This document shows, in pieces, positions 51,552-61,397 of a stretch of DNA of 64,000 bases. Each line of letters starts with the position of its first letter. The stretch's first letter is position 1. A model generated the notes under the pieces. The model did no database searches and was not told the DNA's origin. It worked only from the letters and a program-made list of their open reading frames with translations. A program made the translations under genes and the position numbers. This DNA comes from Gemmatimonadota bacterium. Lineage in GTDB: Bacteria; Gemmatimonadota; Gemmatimonadetes; Gemmatimonadales; GWC2-71-9. Where the stretch lies: NCBI GenBank assembly GCA_036679605.1, contig JAZDCZ010000398.1, positions 32,001-96,000 on the forward strand. Direction: 5' to 3'.

Positions 51552-51589
51552 GTATGTTATTGACATACGAACGTATGGTATTTACATAC
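51552..51589 (+). promoter_or_regulatory. TA promoter with two tandem palindromic operators
   Basis: GTATGT-N5-ACATAC and GTATGG-N5-ACATAC, 21 bp apart, overlapping TTGACA (51560) and a weak -10. Confidence 0.7.
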
Positions 51590-51593
51590 ATCT

Positions 51594-52157
51594 ATGTCTG
51601 GCGCTCTCATCTTCGGCACCGCCGCCCGCAGGGCGATCCTCGCCCGAACCTTCCTTGACTCATCTCGCGAGTTTTATCTGCGCGAACTCGTGCGTCTCAC
51701 CGGCTTTGCTCCACGAACGGTAAACCAGGAAATCGACCGACTGGTAGCTAGCGATCTTCTCACCGAGCGACGCCACGGCAACAGACGGTACCTTAGTGCG
51801 AACGAAAGACACCCGCTCTTCCGGCCCATCCGCGAGATTGTGTTGAAGACCGACGGGCTGGCGGGAGTACTGAGTGAGGCACTGGGAATTGACGGTGTCG
51901 ATTTCGCCTTTGTTTTCGGTTCGATTGCGGCGGCAGCGGCCAAAGGGGGTAGCGACATCGATCTTCTGATCGTGGGAGATATCGGACTGAGGGAGGCGGT
52001 CAAGCGATTGGCACCCGCGCAGGACCAACTCGAGCACGAGATCGTGCCAATCGTGTGGACCCTTCGGGAATTCGAGCGGCGGCGTCAAGATGGCGATCAC
52101 TTTCTCAGTGATATCTTGCGCGGACCCAGGATAGTGGTGGTCGGCAGTGAGCCTTGA
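51594..52157 (+). CDS. wHTH-MNT minimal nucleotidyltransferase (antitoxin)
   Basis: N-terminal wHTH (YLRELVR...VNQEIDRL); FGS-x10-DID motif. Confidence 0.88.
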   Translation: MSGALIFGTAARRAILARTFLDSSREFYLRELVRLTGFAPRTVNQEIDRLVASDLLTERRHGNRRYLSANERHPLFRPIREIVLKTDGLAGVLSEALGIDGVDFAFVFGSIAAAAAKGGSDIDLLIVGDIGLREAVKRLAPAQDQLEHEIVPIVWTLREFERRRQDGDHFLSDILRGPRIVVVGSEP

Positions 52158-52584
52158 GCGTTGGTTGGAGCACGGGTGGCTTAAGCGCCACACAACGTCG
52201 CGACAGGAAGTTCGGCTGCTGCTCGATGCCGTCGAGCGTGACCTACACGACGCAGGCCAGCGTCTATCCTCCGGGTGGCGGTTTGCTATCGCCTATACGT
52301 CGGCACTGCGTCTGAGTTCAGTAGCGCTATTCGCCTCTGGGTACAGAGCTGAACGGGACCACAAGCACTACCGGACGATAGCGGCGCTTCCGCTCGTGCT
52401 CGGTCCGGACGTGGCAGAGCTGGCGCAGTTTCTCGATACCTGCCGCTCCAAACGCCACGAAGTAACCTATGAATCGGCGACCGCCGTTTCCGAAGCAGAG
52501 GCCGATGAACTTATCGATGCGGTAGATGAATTGCGTAGGCGCCTCCGTGAGTGGCTGAAGGCCGCACATCCAGATTTGATTTGA
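52147..52584 (+). CDS. HEPN-fold protein (toxin partner)
   Basis: Helical; AY...ALFASGYR...H...RSKRHEVTY (R-x4-Y variant); overlaps MNT. Confidence 0.8.
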   Translation: MSLERWLEHGWLKRHTTSRQEVRLLLDAVERDLHDAGQRLSSGWRFAIAYTSALRLSSVALFASGYRAERDHKHYRTIAALPLVLGPDVAELAQFLDTCRSKRHEVTYESATAVSEAEADELIDAVDELRRRLREWLKAAHPDLI

Positions 52585-52696
52585 GCGAATCGAATATCCG
52601 TATCGAGCGGGCTCATGCCGTTCCCTTCGCATGCCAGCAGCATGCTGCATGGTAGATGAAAACTTGGTTCAAGTCCGCGTCTGCGACCCGCGCTGA

Positions 52697-52813
52697 GAGT
52701 GTTCGGGCGAACAGATGGAGTGTTCGGGCGAACACTTTCCCGCGACGGATTGAATCTCTAACACTTTTTCTATCAACAACTTAACGACTAACTGATCGGG
52801 GCACGCTCCGTGC
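52697..52813 (+). promoter_or_regulatory. sigma54 promoter with tandem upstream palindromes and an IHF site
   Basis: GAGTGTTCGGGCGAACA x2 (period 21); TATCAACAACTTA = WATCAANNNNTTR (52771-83); GGCACGCTCCGTGC GG-N10-GC (52800-13). Confidence 0.7.
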
Positions 52814-52867
52814 CTTTTAGGTGTGCTGGTTTCTCCTTACGAACTCCGCACCAACGGAGCGTGGCCC

Positions 52868-53269
52868 ATGTTGCGTACTCGGCGCTTTGCAATGGCGTTG
52901 TCTCTTCCACTGGCTCTCCTTTTTTCACAGCCCGTCTTGACCGAGGTGATCTCGGGCGATGTCTCTGTCAGCCCCGACCGGGCAACGACCGAGGCCCGCA
53001 CTGCCGAGACCGGCGGCCACAAGCTGAGCTTCACCGTCAGCAACACGGGCACAGAGACTGACACATACGAACTCATCTGTATAGGCGTGGGCCGGGTGAG
53101 CTGTGACGGTGCGAATCCCACTCACACCACGCTGGAACCGGGCCAGAGCGCCACCATCGCAGTTACCTACGATGTGAAGGAGGCTGGTGCTGGTCTCGTG
53201 CGCCTGATCGCGTTCAGCGAATCGAGTCTGGCGCGTGACGACGGCACCTACCGCATACCGGTCAAGTGA
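52868..53269 (+). CDS. Secreted single Ig-like domain protein, paralog of the Rhs N-terminal domain
   Basis: GGAG RBS; signal-like N-terminus; FTVSNTG...TLEPGQS Ig motif; 48/103 gapless identity (hand count) to 53479-53787. Confidence 0.8.
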   Translation: MLRTRRFAMALSLPLALLFSQPVLTEVISGDVSVSPDRATTEARTAETGGHKLSFTVSNTGTETDTYELICIGVGRVSCDGANPTHTTLEPGQSATIAVTYDVKEAGAGLVRLIAFSESSLARDDGTYRIPVK

Positions 53270-53367
53270 TCTCACCGATGCTGAGATCACCATCCAACTC
53301 GAAGTGCTTGACGACAACGCGCTTGGAATCTCTGAACAACAACCAGACACAGCTCGCGGAGGCTGTC

Positions 53368-56300
53368 ATGTCGGCTGCTCGTAAGTTCATTATCACACTC
53401 GCTGCTCTATCCCTTGCTATCGCGTTGCCCAACGTTCTCGCCGCTCAGGGCCCTCCTGGCGGCCCTCCTGGCGGTGGTGGATCGGTATCTGTAACGCCCG
53501 ACGGTGCCACTACACCGGACCGGATTGCCAACACCGACGATCACAGCGAGGACTTCACGGTTAAGAACACGGGGAGCGGCACCGACACGTTCTTCATAAG
53601 CTGTGGCGGCTCGAGCAATGTGACCTGCACGGGGGTCAGCCCCTCGCAGGTGACCCTGGGTGCTAATCAGAGCACGACAGTGACGGCCGACTACGATGTG
53701 GGTGCTGTTGGGACGGGGAACCTAGACGTTACTGCCTTCAGCGAGGACACGTTCGCCGAGGACAATGGCGACTACAACGTGCCGGTGATCTCAGCGCTTG
53801 CGGTACCCGAGGTAGACATAACGCCCTACAACCACGAGACCCAGCAGATGGGGCGCTGTGCGGCGTCCTGCTTTGCGGTCACGCACGCCCAGGGCACGGT
53901 GCCCTACGTGAGCCACGACACACCGCGCAACGTGACCCTGGTCTATCACGGCGACCGTGTGGATCCCAAGCCGTTCATCCACGTCAACGTACGGCACCCG
54001 GACAGCGAAACACCGGTGCCCTCGAAGTTCTGGCTCGAGGCCAAGAAGGATGGCGTGTTGCTGACGTTCCTAAATGGGGAGACCAGGCTCAAGTTCACGG
54101 CAGCCAGTTCGGGTTGGCAGCGGTTGGCCGGACAGTTCAACGCGAGTTCCTACAGCACTGGAGTCTATGCCCTAGACATCATCGTTACGGCCGACTACGG
54201 TGGTCAGGGCACCCAGCAGAAGGTGACCCAGACCAAGCTGGTGGTGGTAAACGAGAACAACTCCTCCATAGCACGCGGCTGGAACATTGCCGGTGTGCAG
54301 CGGCTCTACGTGCAGGGCGATGGTTCGGCATTCATCACCGAGGGAGACGGCTCGGCCGTGTATTTCCAGAAGTCGGGCAGCACGTTCATAACACCAGCGG
54401 GCGAGTTCTCGAAGCTCGTGGCTGGCGGGGGCGGAGGTTGGGACCGCTTCTACCCCGATTCCACACAGGTGAGTTTTAACAGCAGTGGCCGGATGACCCG
54501 GGTGTATGACCAGTTCAACAACATTACCAACTTCACCTATGTCGGCAACAACCTCACCTTGATTGCCGACCCAGCCAACAAGATGCTGAGTTTGACCTAC
54601 GGCACCTACGGGCTGAGTTCAATCAGGAGCACGATCACCCCCTACCGCTACACCAACTTCACGGTGCTGTCGAACAAGACTCTGACCAAGATCAAGGATC
54701 CCGACAACATCGCGACAAATTTCCAGTATGACGGGAGTAAGAGACTGTGGAAGGTCACGGACCGGCGGAGCAAGACGACAACTCTGGCATACGATTCGCT
54801 ATCGGGGAAACTAGCGAGCGTTACCGTGCCAGCTGTGCCGATCTTCACAGAGGGTACGGTATCACCCGTCACGCAGTTTGCCCCGTGGCAGCCGGTGGGC
54901 GTGCCGTATACTGCCACTTCATCTACGCCAGCCGCAATGGTGCGTCCAGCGGATGTCAAGGGCACTGTCACCGACCCGGGTAACCACGCGACTACTTTCA
55001 CGGTGGACCGCTGGGGCCAGCCGGTGGCGTCTACCGATCCCCTGAGCACGGTCACTACTATCAGCTACAACAGCAACGGGCTGCCGGTACGCACGGTGAA
55101 TTCTACCGATACGACCGCAGTCGACAGCTTGGACTACAACTTCGATGGGCTGGTGACCTACGCCAAGCCGACTGGTGGGACCGCTACCATCACCACGTAC
55201 GGCGCCTGGGCCCAGCCGACTCTGATCCTGGGCGACGGGCAGCCGAGCCGGACGTTCAAACTTGGCACCAACGGCCGCATCGACTCGACCTGGGTAGGGG
55301 GAACCAAGTACACACGCTTCACGTACGACAGCCGTGGTCGAGTGTTGACGGTCAAGGACGGTTTGAACAATCTGGTCCAGAGTTTTGCCTATAGCGGAAC
55401 CAACGGGAACAGGAGCAGTGTCACTCTTCCGGGCGGCAGGATCACGACGTACGGCTACGATGCCTACGGCCGGGTGACCACTGTGAGCACGGCGGGGCTG
55501 CCGACCAGAACGACGTACTACGATTTGTTGAACCGGCCAGACTCGGTCAAGGACGGTGTCAACACCAAGGCCACCCGGTTTGGCTACGACGCGCTGTACA
55601 GGACCAGCGTGACCGATCCCAAGGATCAGGTGTATAGCTTTACCCATAATGCACTCGGGTGGCTCACTCAGCAGACGGACCCGGTGAACAAGTCAGACAC
55701 TTACGAATATTCCAAGGACGGAGAACTCAAGCGCTGGAAGAACCGCAGGCTCGAGAGCACAGATTACGCGTATGACGTCATGCACCGGCAGACGTCCAAG
55801 TCGGGGTCCAATACGGACAACACGACATTTGCGTATTCGGACGACGGCAGGCGGGTCAAGGCAACGAGCCCGATGGCGACGGATTCTATCTTTCTGAACG
55901 TGCTGGGCGCAGCGGAGAAGACGTGGACTCAGATGGGTGGCAAGACCTATACGCGGAACTACAACTACACCCAGGCGGGTCTGTTGGACAGCGTGTGGAC
56001 CAATGTATCGCACGAGACATTCCTGGGTAGGAAGTACAAGTACACCACTAGTCGTGGCACGCTGGACGAGATCAGGGTAGGTGGCAAGAGTACCTCACAC
56101 ACGTTCAACTCAAACCTGCAGCACACGTCTACGACCTTTGCCGGTGGAGACGTGGTGACCCGCCAGTACACGACGCCGCATTCGACAGCCAAGATCGAGA
56201 GCAACCAGGCGGGGCTGGACGTATTGGTGAGAAGGCTTGAGCACGACACGGTAGGTAGGATAAAGACCCAGTACACCGATCCCATCCCCGTAGAGTTCGG

Positions 56301-57714
56301 CACGGTGTTTGGCTACGATGGCTTGAACCGTGTGGTCAGGGACACGATGGGTATGATAGAGTCCGATCTCTGCACGTTTGATCCCGACAACGGCTACGAC
56401 TGTCCACCGCCCACGACTGATTCGGTGCGGAGCTTCATCTACGACGCCGTGGGGAACATGACGCGGGATTCGTTGTACCGCGTGTGGAACGGAGGTACGG
56501 ACGTGGCCACGGGCGCGTATGGCACCGGCAACAGGATCACCTCGTTCGACGGGTGCAGCTACCAGACCGACGCGGATGGGAACGTGACCCAGCGGTCGGG
56601 CTGTGGTAGCACCGCCAACTTCTATTGGTCGTCGGAGAACGTATTGGACTCGATGACTGTGGGTGGTCAGAAGATAAAGAATTATTACGATGCATTCGGT
56701 AGACTTGTAAAGCGGGACGTGTATGGGACGGTGAGCTATTACTGGTGGGACGGAGACAATCTCTTTGCCGAGCTGGATGCTACGGGGCAGAAGAAGGCCG
56801 AGTACTCCTACTATCCGGGTCTCGACAACCTGCATGCTCTGGTCGACCAGGACGACAGCGTGTACTTTGCCCACAGCGACGGAATGGGGAATGTTGTCGG
56901 TCTGGTGAGCGACAGCAAGGTACTCAAGCGGCGTTACGACTACGATCTCAAGGGTAGTCTGGTTGGGACCGGTGACATCAAACCGTTCAGTGACAGAGAT
57001 CGTGCGCGTTTCAAGGGTGCCTTGTGGATGGGCCCGGAGGTGGACCTCTACTACATGAGGAATAGGTGGTACGAGACAAGCACTGGGCGTTTCTTGAGTG
57101 AGGATCCCATTGGACTGGGTGGTGGTATCAACGTCTACGCGTTTGCGGGAAACAATCCGGTGTCGGGGCGGGATCCGTTGGGGCTCTGTCCCCCTTATCC
57201 CTGCGATCTGCCGGGTGTCACTGTGACCGGCGTCCGCGAAGATCCCTTTGCTGACTTCGACAAGATGGTCGGCAGTGACCGTGACACGTTCGATGGCTCT
57301 GGCCCAGGTGGGTTCGGTTGGGGTGGTGGTGGCGGAGGCGGAGGTGTTGTCAGTGGGCTGCAGCAATCGCGGAGCTGTAGCTTCAACCAGAACTTTCTGC
57401 GCCAGATAAATGAGCAATTTGACTTGGCCGCAAATGACGGTCGGGAACGCGCTGGTTTTTACGGTGCACCGTGGACGTCACCAGTCCGCCTCACGGCTAT
57501 CGGTGGACCCGATTTCGTTCGTATTCCATTGCGTCCTGGCGCCGCGGGGTATTGGCACACTCACCAGAACCCGCCGCAGACGCATCTTCAGGGTCCCAGC
57601 CAGGACGACTTGGACTTTGCGGTCAATCGCGCTAACTCAACCTTATTCGCAGTTGCCCGCGACTCGCTTTATGTGATTAGTCAGAATGGCTCTGTAACGG
57701 CATGCGGTCGGTAG
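53368..57714 (+). CDS. Sec-signal Rhs/YD-repeat toxin with N-terminal Ig domain and C-terminal JAB/MPN-like tip
   Basis: GGAGG RBS; signal peptide ...VLAA-QG; YD repeats; core YYMRNRWY..GRFLSEDP..NPVSGRDPLGL; tip ERAG...HTH-x11-S-QDD. Confidence 0.92.
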   Translation: MSAARKFIITLAALSLAIALPNVLAAQGPPGGPPGGGGSVSVTPDGATTPDRIANTDDHSEDFTVKNTGSGTDTFFISCGGSSNVTCTGVSPSQVTLGANQSTTVTADYDVGAVGTGNLDVTAFSEDTFAEDNGDYNVPVISALAVPEVDITPYNHETQQMGRCAASCFAVTHAQGTVPYVSHDTPRNVTLVYHGDRVDPKPFIHVNVRHPDSETPVPSKFWLEAKKDGVLLTFLNGETRLKFTAASSGWQRLAGQFNASSYSTGVYALDIIVTADYGGQGTQQKVTQTKLVVVNENNSSIARGWNIAGVQRLYVQGDGSAFITEGDGSAVYFQKSGSTFITPAGEFSKLVAGGGGGWDRFYPDSTQVSFNSSGRMTRVYDQFNNITNFTYVGNNLTLIADPANKMLSLTYGTYGLSSIRSTITPYRYTNFTVLSNKTLTKIKDPDNIATNFQYDGSKRLWKVTDRRSKTTTLAYDSLSGKLASVTVPAVPIFTEGTVSPVTQFAPWQPVGVPYTATSSTPAAMVRPADVKGTVTDPGNHATTFTVDRWGQPVASTDPLSTVTTISYNSNGLPVRTVNSTDTTAVDSLDYNFDGLVTYAKPTGGTATITTYGAWAQPTLILGDGQPSRTFKLGTNGRIDSTWVGGTKYTRFTYDSRGRVLTVKDGLNNLVQSFAYSGTNGNRSSVTLPGGRITTYGYDAYGRVTTVSTAGLPTRTTYYDLLNRPDSVKDGVNTKATRFGYDALYRTSVTDPKDQVYSFTHNALGWLTQQTDPVNKSDTYEYSKDGELKRWKNRRLESTDYAYDVMHRQTSKSGSNTDNTTFAYSDDGRRVKATSPMATDSIFLNVLGAAEKTWTQMGGKTYTRNYNYTQAGLLDSVWTNVSHETFLGRKYKYTTSRGTLDEIRVGGKSTSHTFNSNLQHTSTTFAGGDVVTRQYTTPHSTAKIESNQAGLDVLVRRLEHDTVGRIKTQYTDPIPVEFGTVFGYDGLNRVVRDTMGMIESDLCTFDPDNGYDCPPPTTDSVRSFIYDAVGNMTRDSLYRVWNGGTDVATGAYGTGNRITSFDGCSYQTDADGNVTQRSGCGSTANFYWSSENVLDSMTVGGQKIKNYYDAFGRLVKRDVYGTVSYYWWDGDNLFAELDATGQKKAEYSYYPGLDNLHALVDQDDSVYFAHSDGMGNVVGLVSDSKVLKRRYDYDLKGSLVGTGDIKPFSDRDRARFKGALWMGPEVDLYYMRNRWYETSTGRFLSEDPIGLGGGINVYAFAGNNPVSGRDPLGLCPPYPCDLPGVTVTGVREDPFADFDKMVGSDRDTFDGSGPGGFGWGGGGGGGGVVSGLQQSRSCSFNQNFLRQINEQFDLAANDGRERAGFYGAPWTSPVRLTAIGGPDFVRIPLRPGAAGYWHTHQNPPQTHLQGPSQDDLDFAVNRANSTLFAVARDSLYVISQNGSVTACGR

Positions 57715-57789
57715 AGCGGGGTGATCCGATCATGCCTGGTTGCGATATCGAGTTGCCCTTGTCATTTGCATTAGAAGGGATACACAAAA

Positions 57790-58401
57790 ATGAGTCGATG
57801 GATCGGTAGCGTCATTGCGACCGTCGTTCTTGCGGCGACTGCGGTCAGTGGTATTGCGTGTGGGCCGCCCGACGGAAGCGACTCACAGTCGGACCGCGCG
57901 GCTGACGCTCAGCAATGCCTGGTGGATGAACTGGGGCTATCCACAGTTGCCCGAGCGGCAGACCTAGTCGATGTGTTCGATCTCGAACTCCACGTGACCA
58001 CTGGTCGGGAGCAGGATTCAGTGATCCGAGGTCGCATTACCCTAGTGACGTGGCCAGACAGCACTAAAGGTGAAGAGCGTGGAGCATCACCATTCGTGCT
58101 CTATGGCTGGACCACTATCTCTAGCGAGCGAATTGGGGATGTAGTGATGACCACCCCTCTATCATCAACAGATCCGACACAACCGGGCGTCATCGGCTTG
58201 GCGGACCGTAGGGACAGTGCGATTGTGCTTACCCTTGGCTCAGCTGCAGAAGGCGGAAACTTTTCACTTCACACGGGTCTACGCTTCCAGGTGCTACGTA
58301 GCGGACCGGACGGGTTCCGCGGAACGTGGGAGGTTGCAAGCCTTCGGCGTAGGCGACCAGCAGGCATCTTCTGCGCTCGGCGCGTGCAGGAGGGCAACTA
58401 A
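57790..58401 (+). CDS. Putative lipoprotein immunity protein 1
   Basis: Directly after the toxin; hydrophobic leader ending GIA-C. Confidence 0.65.
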   Translation: MSRWIGSVIATVVLAATAVSGIACGPPDGSDSQSDRAADAQQCLVDELGLSTVARAADLVDVFDLELHVTTGREQDSVIRGRITLVTWPDSTKGEERGASPFVLYGWTTISSERIGDVVMTTPLSSTDPTQPGVIGLADRRDSAIVLTLGSAAEGGNFSLHTGLRFQVLRSGPDGFRGTWEVASLRRRRPAGIFCARRVQEGN

Positions 58402-58525
58402 ACGACGAAGTTACCGGGAGAGCTATATTCGTTCGTGAGGTAGTTGAAGCACGTGAGGTGGTAGCTTTCGCACGCAGACGCTTCACCTGCGATTCGCGAC
58501 CGATACAACTTCGTTGGCGATATCG

Positions 58526-58633
58526 CTACGGGCAGTGCAATCACGAGCACAATCAATCCCTACCGCCACAGCTACATGCCGGTGCTGTCGAACAAGAAGC
58601 TGACGCAGATCAAGGATCCGGTCCGACCGTTAG
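58526..58633 (+). pseudogene. Degenerate Rhs fragment ahead of orphan module 2
   Basis: Similar to about 54606-54700 (CGGTGCTGTCGAACAAGA...AGATCAAGGATCC); ends in TAG where the main gene has TAC. Confidence 0.75.
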
Positions 58634-60553
58634 AAGTATTCCAAGCACGGCGAACTAAAGCGCTGGAAGAACCGCAGGCTCGAGAGCACAGATTACGCGT
58701 ATGACGTCATGCACCGGCAGACGTCCAAGTCGGGCTCCAACACGGACAACACGACGTTTGCGTATTCGGACGACGGTCGGCGGGTGAAGGCAACGAGCCT
58801 CATGGCGACTGATTCTATATATCTGTGGACCAATGTATCGCATGAGACGTTCCTGGGCAGGAAGTACAAGTACACCACCAGCCGCGGCACGCTGGACGAG
58901 ATCAGGGTAGGTGGCAAGAGTACCTCACACACGTTCAACTCAAACCTGCAGCCCACGTCTACGACCTTTGCCGGTGGAGACGTGGTGACCCGCCAGTACA
59001 CGACGCCGCATTCGACAGCCAAGATCGAGAGCAACCAGGCGGGGCTGGACGTATTGGTGAGGCGGCTTGAGTACGACACGGTAGGCAGGATAAAGACCCA
59101 GTACACCGATCCCATCCCCGTAGAGTTCGGTACGGTGTTTGGTTATGATGGGCTTAACCGTGTGGTAAGGGACACGATGGGAATGATCGAGTCCGATCTC
59201 TGCACGTTCGATCCAGATGACGGGTATGACTGTCCTCCTCCTACTACGGACTCGGTGCGGAGCTTCATCTACGACGCCGTGGGTAACATGACGAGGGATT
59301 CCTTGCGAAGGGTCTTTAACGGCGGCACCGACGTGGCCACGGGCGCGTATGGTACGGCCAACAGGATCACGTCGTTCGACGGCTGCAACTACCTGACCGA
59401 TGCCGATGGCAACGTGACTCAGAGATCGGGCTGTGGCAGTACTGTCACGTTCTACTGGTCATCCGAGAACCGTTTGGACTCGATGCTGGTCGGTGCTCAA
59501 AAGATCAGGAGCTACTACGACGCGTTCGGTAGGCTTGTGAAGCGTGACGTGTACGGGACCATCAGTTACTACTGGTGGGATGGGGACAATCTCTTTGCCG
59601 AGCTCGACGGTGCTGGCCGGAAGAAGGCCGAGTACTCTTATTATCCGGGTCTCGACAACTTGCATGCTCTGGTCGACCAGGACGACAGCGTGTTCTTTGC
59701 CCATAGCGACGGGTTTGGCAACGTGATCGGCTTGGTGAGTGAGACGAAGGTCTTGAGGCGAAAGTACGAGTACGATCTCAAGGGCAACCTGGTGGGGGGC
59801 TGGGACACCAAGCCGTTCAGTGACAGAGACCGAGCGCGTTTCAAGGGAGCGCTCTGGATGGGCCCGGAGGTGGATATGTACTATATGAGGAATCGGTGGT
59901 ACGAAACACACAGCGGACGGTTCCTGAGTGAAGATCCGATTGGATTGGACGGTGGGATCAATCAATACGTTTACTCAAAGAACAATCCGGTGTCGTTGAA
60001 AGATCCGGCCGGCCTGAAGATATGTTTTGCCAAATTCGACAGTGGAGACCGTGAACGGCTTGTGGATTCACTTGAACATGCTTTGGACGCGATTATCGAG
60101 ATTGGAGATGATGGTTGTTTGAAGAAAATCATTTCGTTGGCTGATCCGGGTACCCGGAGAGGTCGCATTGCACGGCTCTTGGTTGCGGCTCTCAACGCTC
60201 AGATTGAATTTGGACGGAAAATCATAATCGAAGGGGCCTTAGGTGAGGGGTCGAATTTCAGCCGCCTCAGCTTGAATGTGCTCCTTTGGAAGATGAAGTT
60301 GAAAAAATGGAGGGTAAATATCGACCGGGGCCAGATAGGACTCCGGTACGCAACTGACGACGCAATCAGGGGTTGCGGGCGGTACGGAGCGACGTGGAGC
60401 GCGGGCTCAATCTTCATTCATGAAACGGTGGGTCACGGACGGGATATCCCATTCGGAGGAGGCATCCTGGGGCAGCGTGAGGCGATACTTACTGAGAATC
60501 TCTACCACTTTCTCGAAGGTGGGCCAAGCAGGAGCATACGTTGTGGTTTGTAG
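58634..60553 (+). pseudogene. Orphan Rhs core + HExxGH metallopeptidase-like tip (first ATG 58709)
   Basis: Near-identical to 55704-57180 with a 99-nt in-frame deletion; DPAGL; tip IHETVGH...EAI..EN. Confidence 0.88.
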
Positions 60554-61397
60554 GTCGACCATACCATCTAGTTCGCAGATCTTGGCGATGCTGGCTTCAG
60601 TGTGTTGCGGCGTCGGCTGCCTTCAGCCGGATCGCGCGAACCCGACCCTGCAGGAACTCGGACACGGAATTGTGGAGCGTGCAATCCAGGGAGATTTCGC
60701 GTCGGTGGGGTGGTATGCCACAAACGTTCGTGTGGTTCAGAATATTGCATGGCTGGCGCGTGAGGAACCCGACATACTCGCCCGATTGGTTGCTAAAGGG
60801 CGTATGGATGGTCGGTGGTCTGATTCTACATTGGCGGATTCTCTGCCGGCCGTATATACCGTGGCTGAAGGAGATGGCCTAGACACGGCTCTGACGTTCA
60901 CCTTCGTTCGCAATAGAGGAGTGTGGAAGGTGTCCGAGCTGCTTCTGACTGATCATCTGCAGCAGCGAGCGGACTCGACGAGAGTTCAGGTACTGGAGAG
61001 GTTGGAGCGTATGTCGGCCCGTGCGGCGGGCGACGTTGGGAGCGTGCTCCTTTCGCTGGTTGTTGAGCAGCTAGATGCCGTGGTAGCTGGCGATTTTTTC
61101 ACTGCTGCTGCGATCTCAGCACATCCCTGGGCGATATCGGATGCGGCCATCCTTCGTAAGGAGGACCCGACACTCCTTGAAGCTGCCAGAGGACTAGACA
61201 CGGTTCGAGTTGACTGGATCGTGGATCATGCGAGAGCGGACTGGGTCGTGGATGAGAAGACAGGCGATTCGGTGGGAGTGGGGTTGTGGTTGAGATCGGC
61301 AGGCGTGGCGGGGCTGGGACGCGCCGTGGACTACGACTTCGTTCGCCAAGGTGACGTTTGGATGATTCTGCGCGGGCCAAATTTCCGTCAGCCGTGA
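60543..61397 (+). CDS. Putative lipoprotein immunity protein 2 with an internal domain duplication
   Basis: AGGAG RBS + GTG 60543 overlapping the toxin stop; GVG-C lipobox-like; two GDF...L.xE(E/D)P...FVR...VW units. Confidence 0.65.
   Translation: MVCRSTIPSSSQILAMLASVCCGVGCLQPDRANPTLQELGHGIVERAIQGDFASVGWYATNVRVVQNIAWLAREEPDILARLVAKGRMDGRWSDSTLADSLPAVYTVAEGDGLDTALTFTFVRNRGVWKVSELLLTDHLQQRADSTRVQVLERLERMSARAAGDVGSVLLSLVVEQLDAVVAGDFFTAAAISAHPWAISDAAILRKEDPTLLEAARGLDTVRVDWIVDHARADWVVDEKTGDSVGVGLWLRSAGVAGLGRAVDYDFVRQGDVWMILRGPNFRQP

Noticed and set aside
52697..52734. 17-bp direct repeat as a mini-CRISPR
   Set aside because: Only two copies, a 4-nt spacer and no cas genes; fits a protein-binding site.
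58478..58501. RFTCDSR resembling Rhs RFTYDSR
   Set aside because: Too short, poor DNA identity and out of order with the neighbouring fragments.
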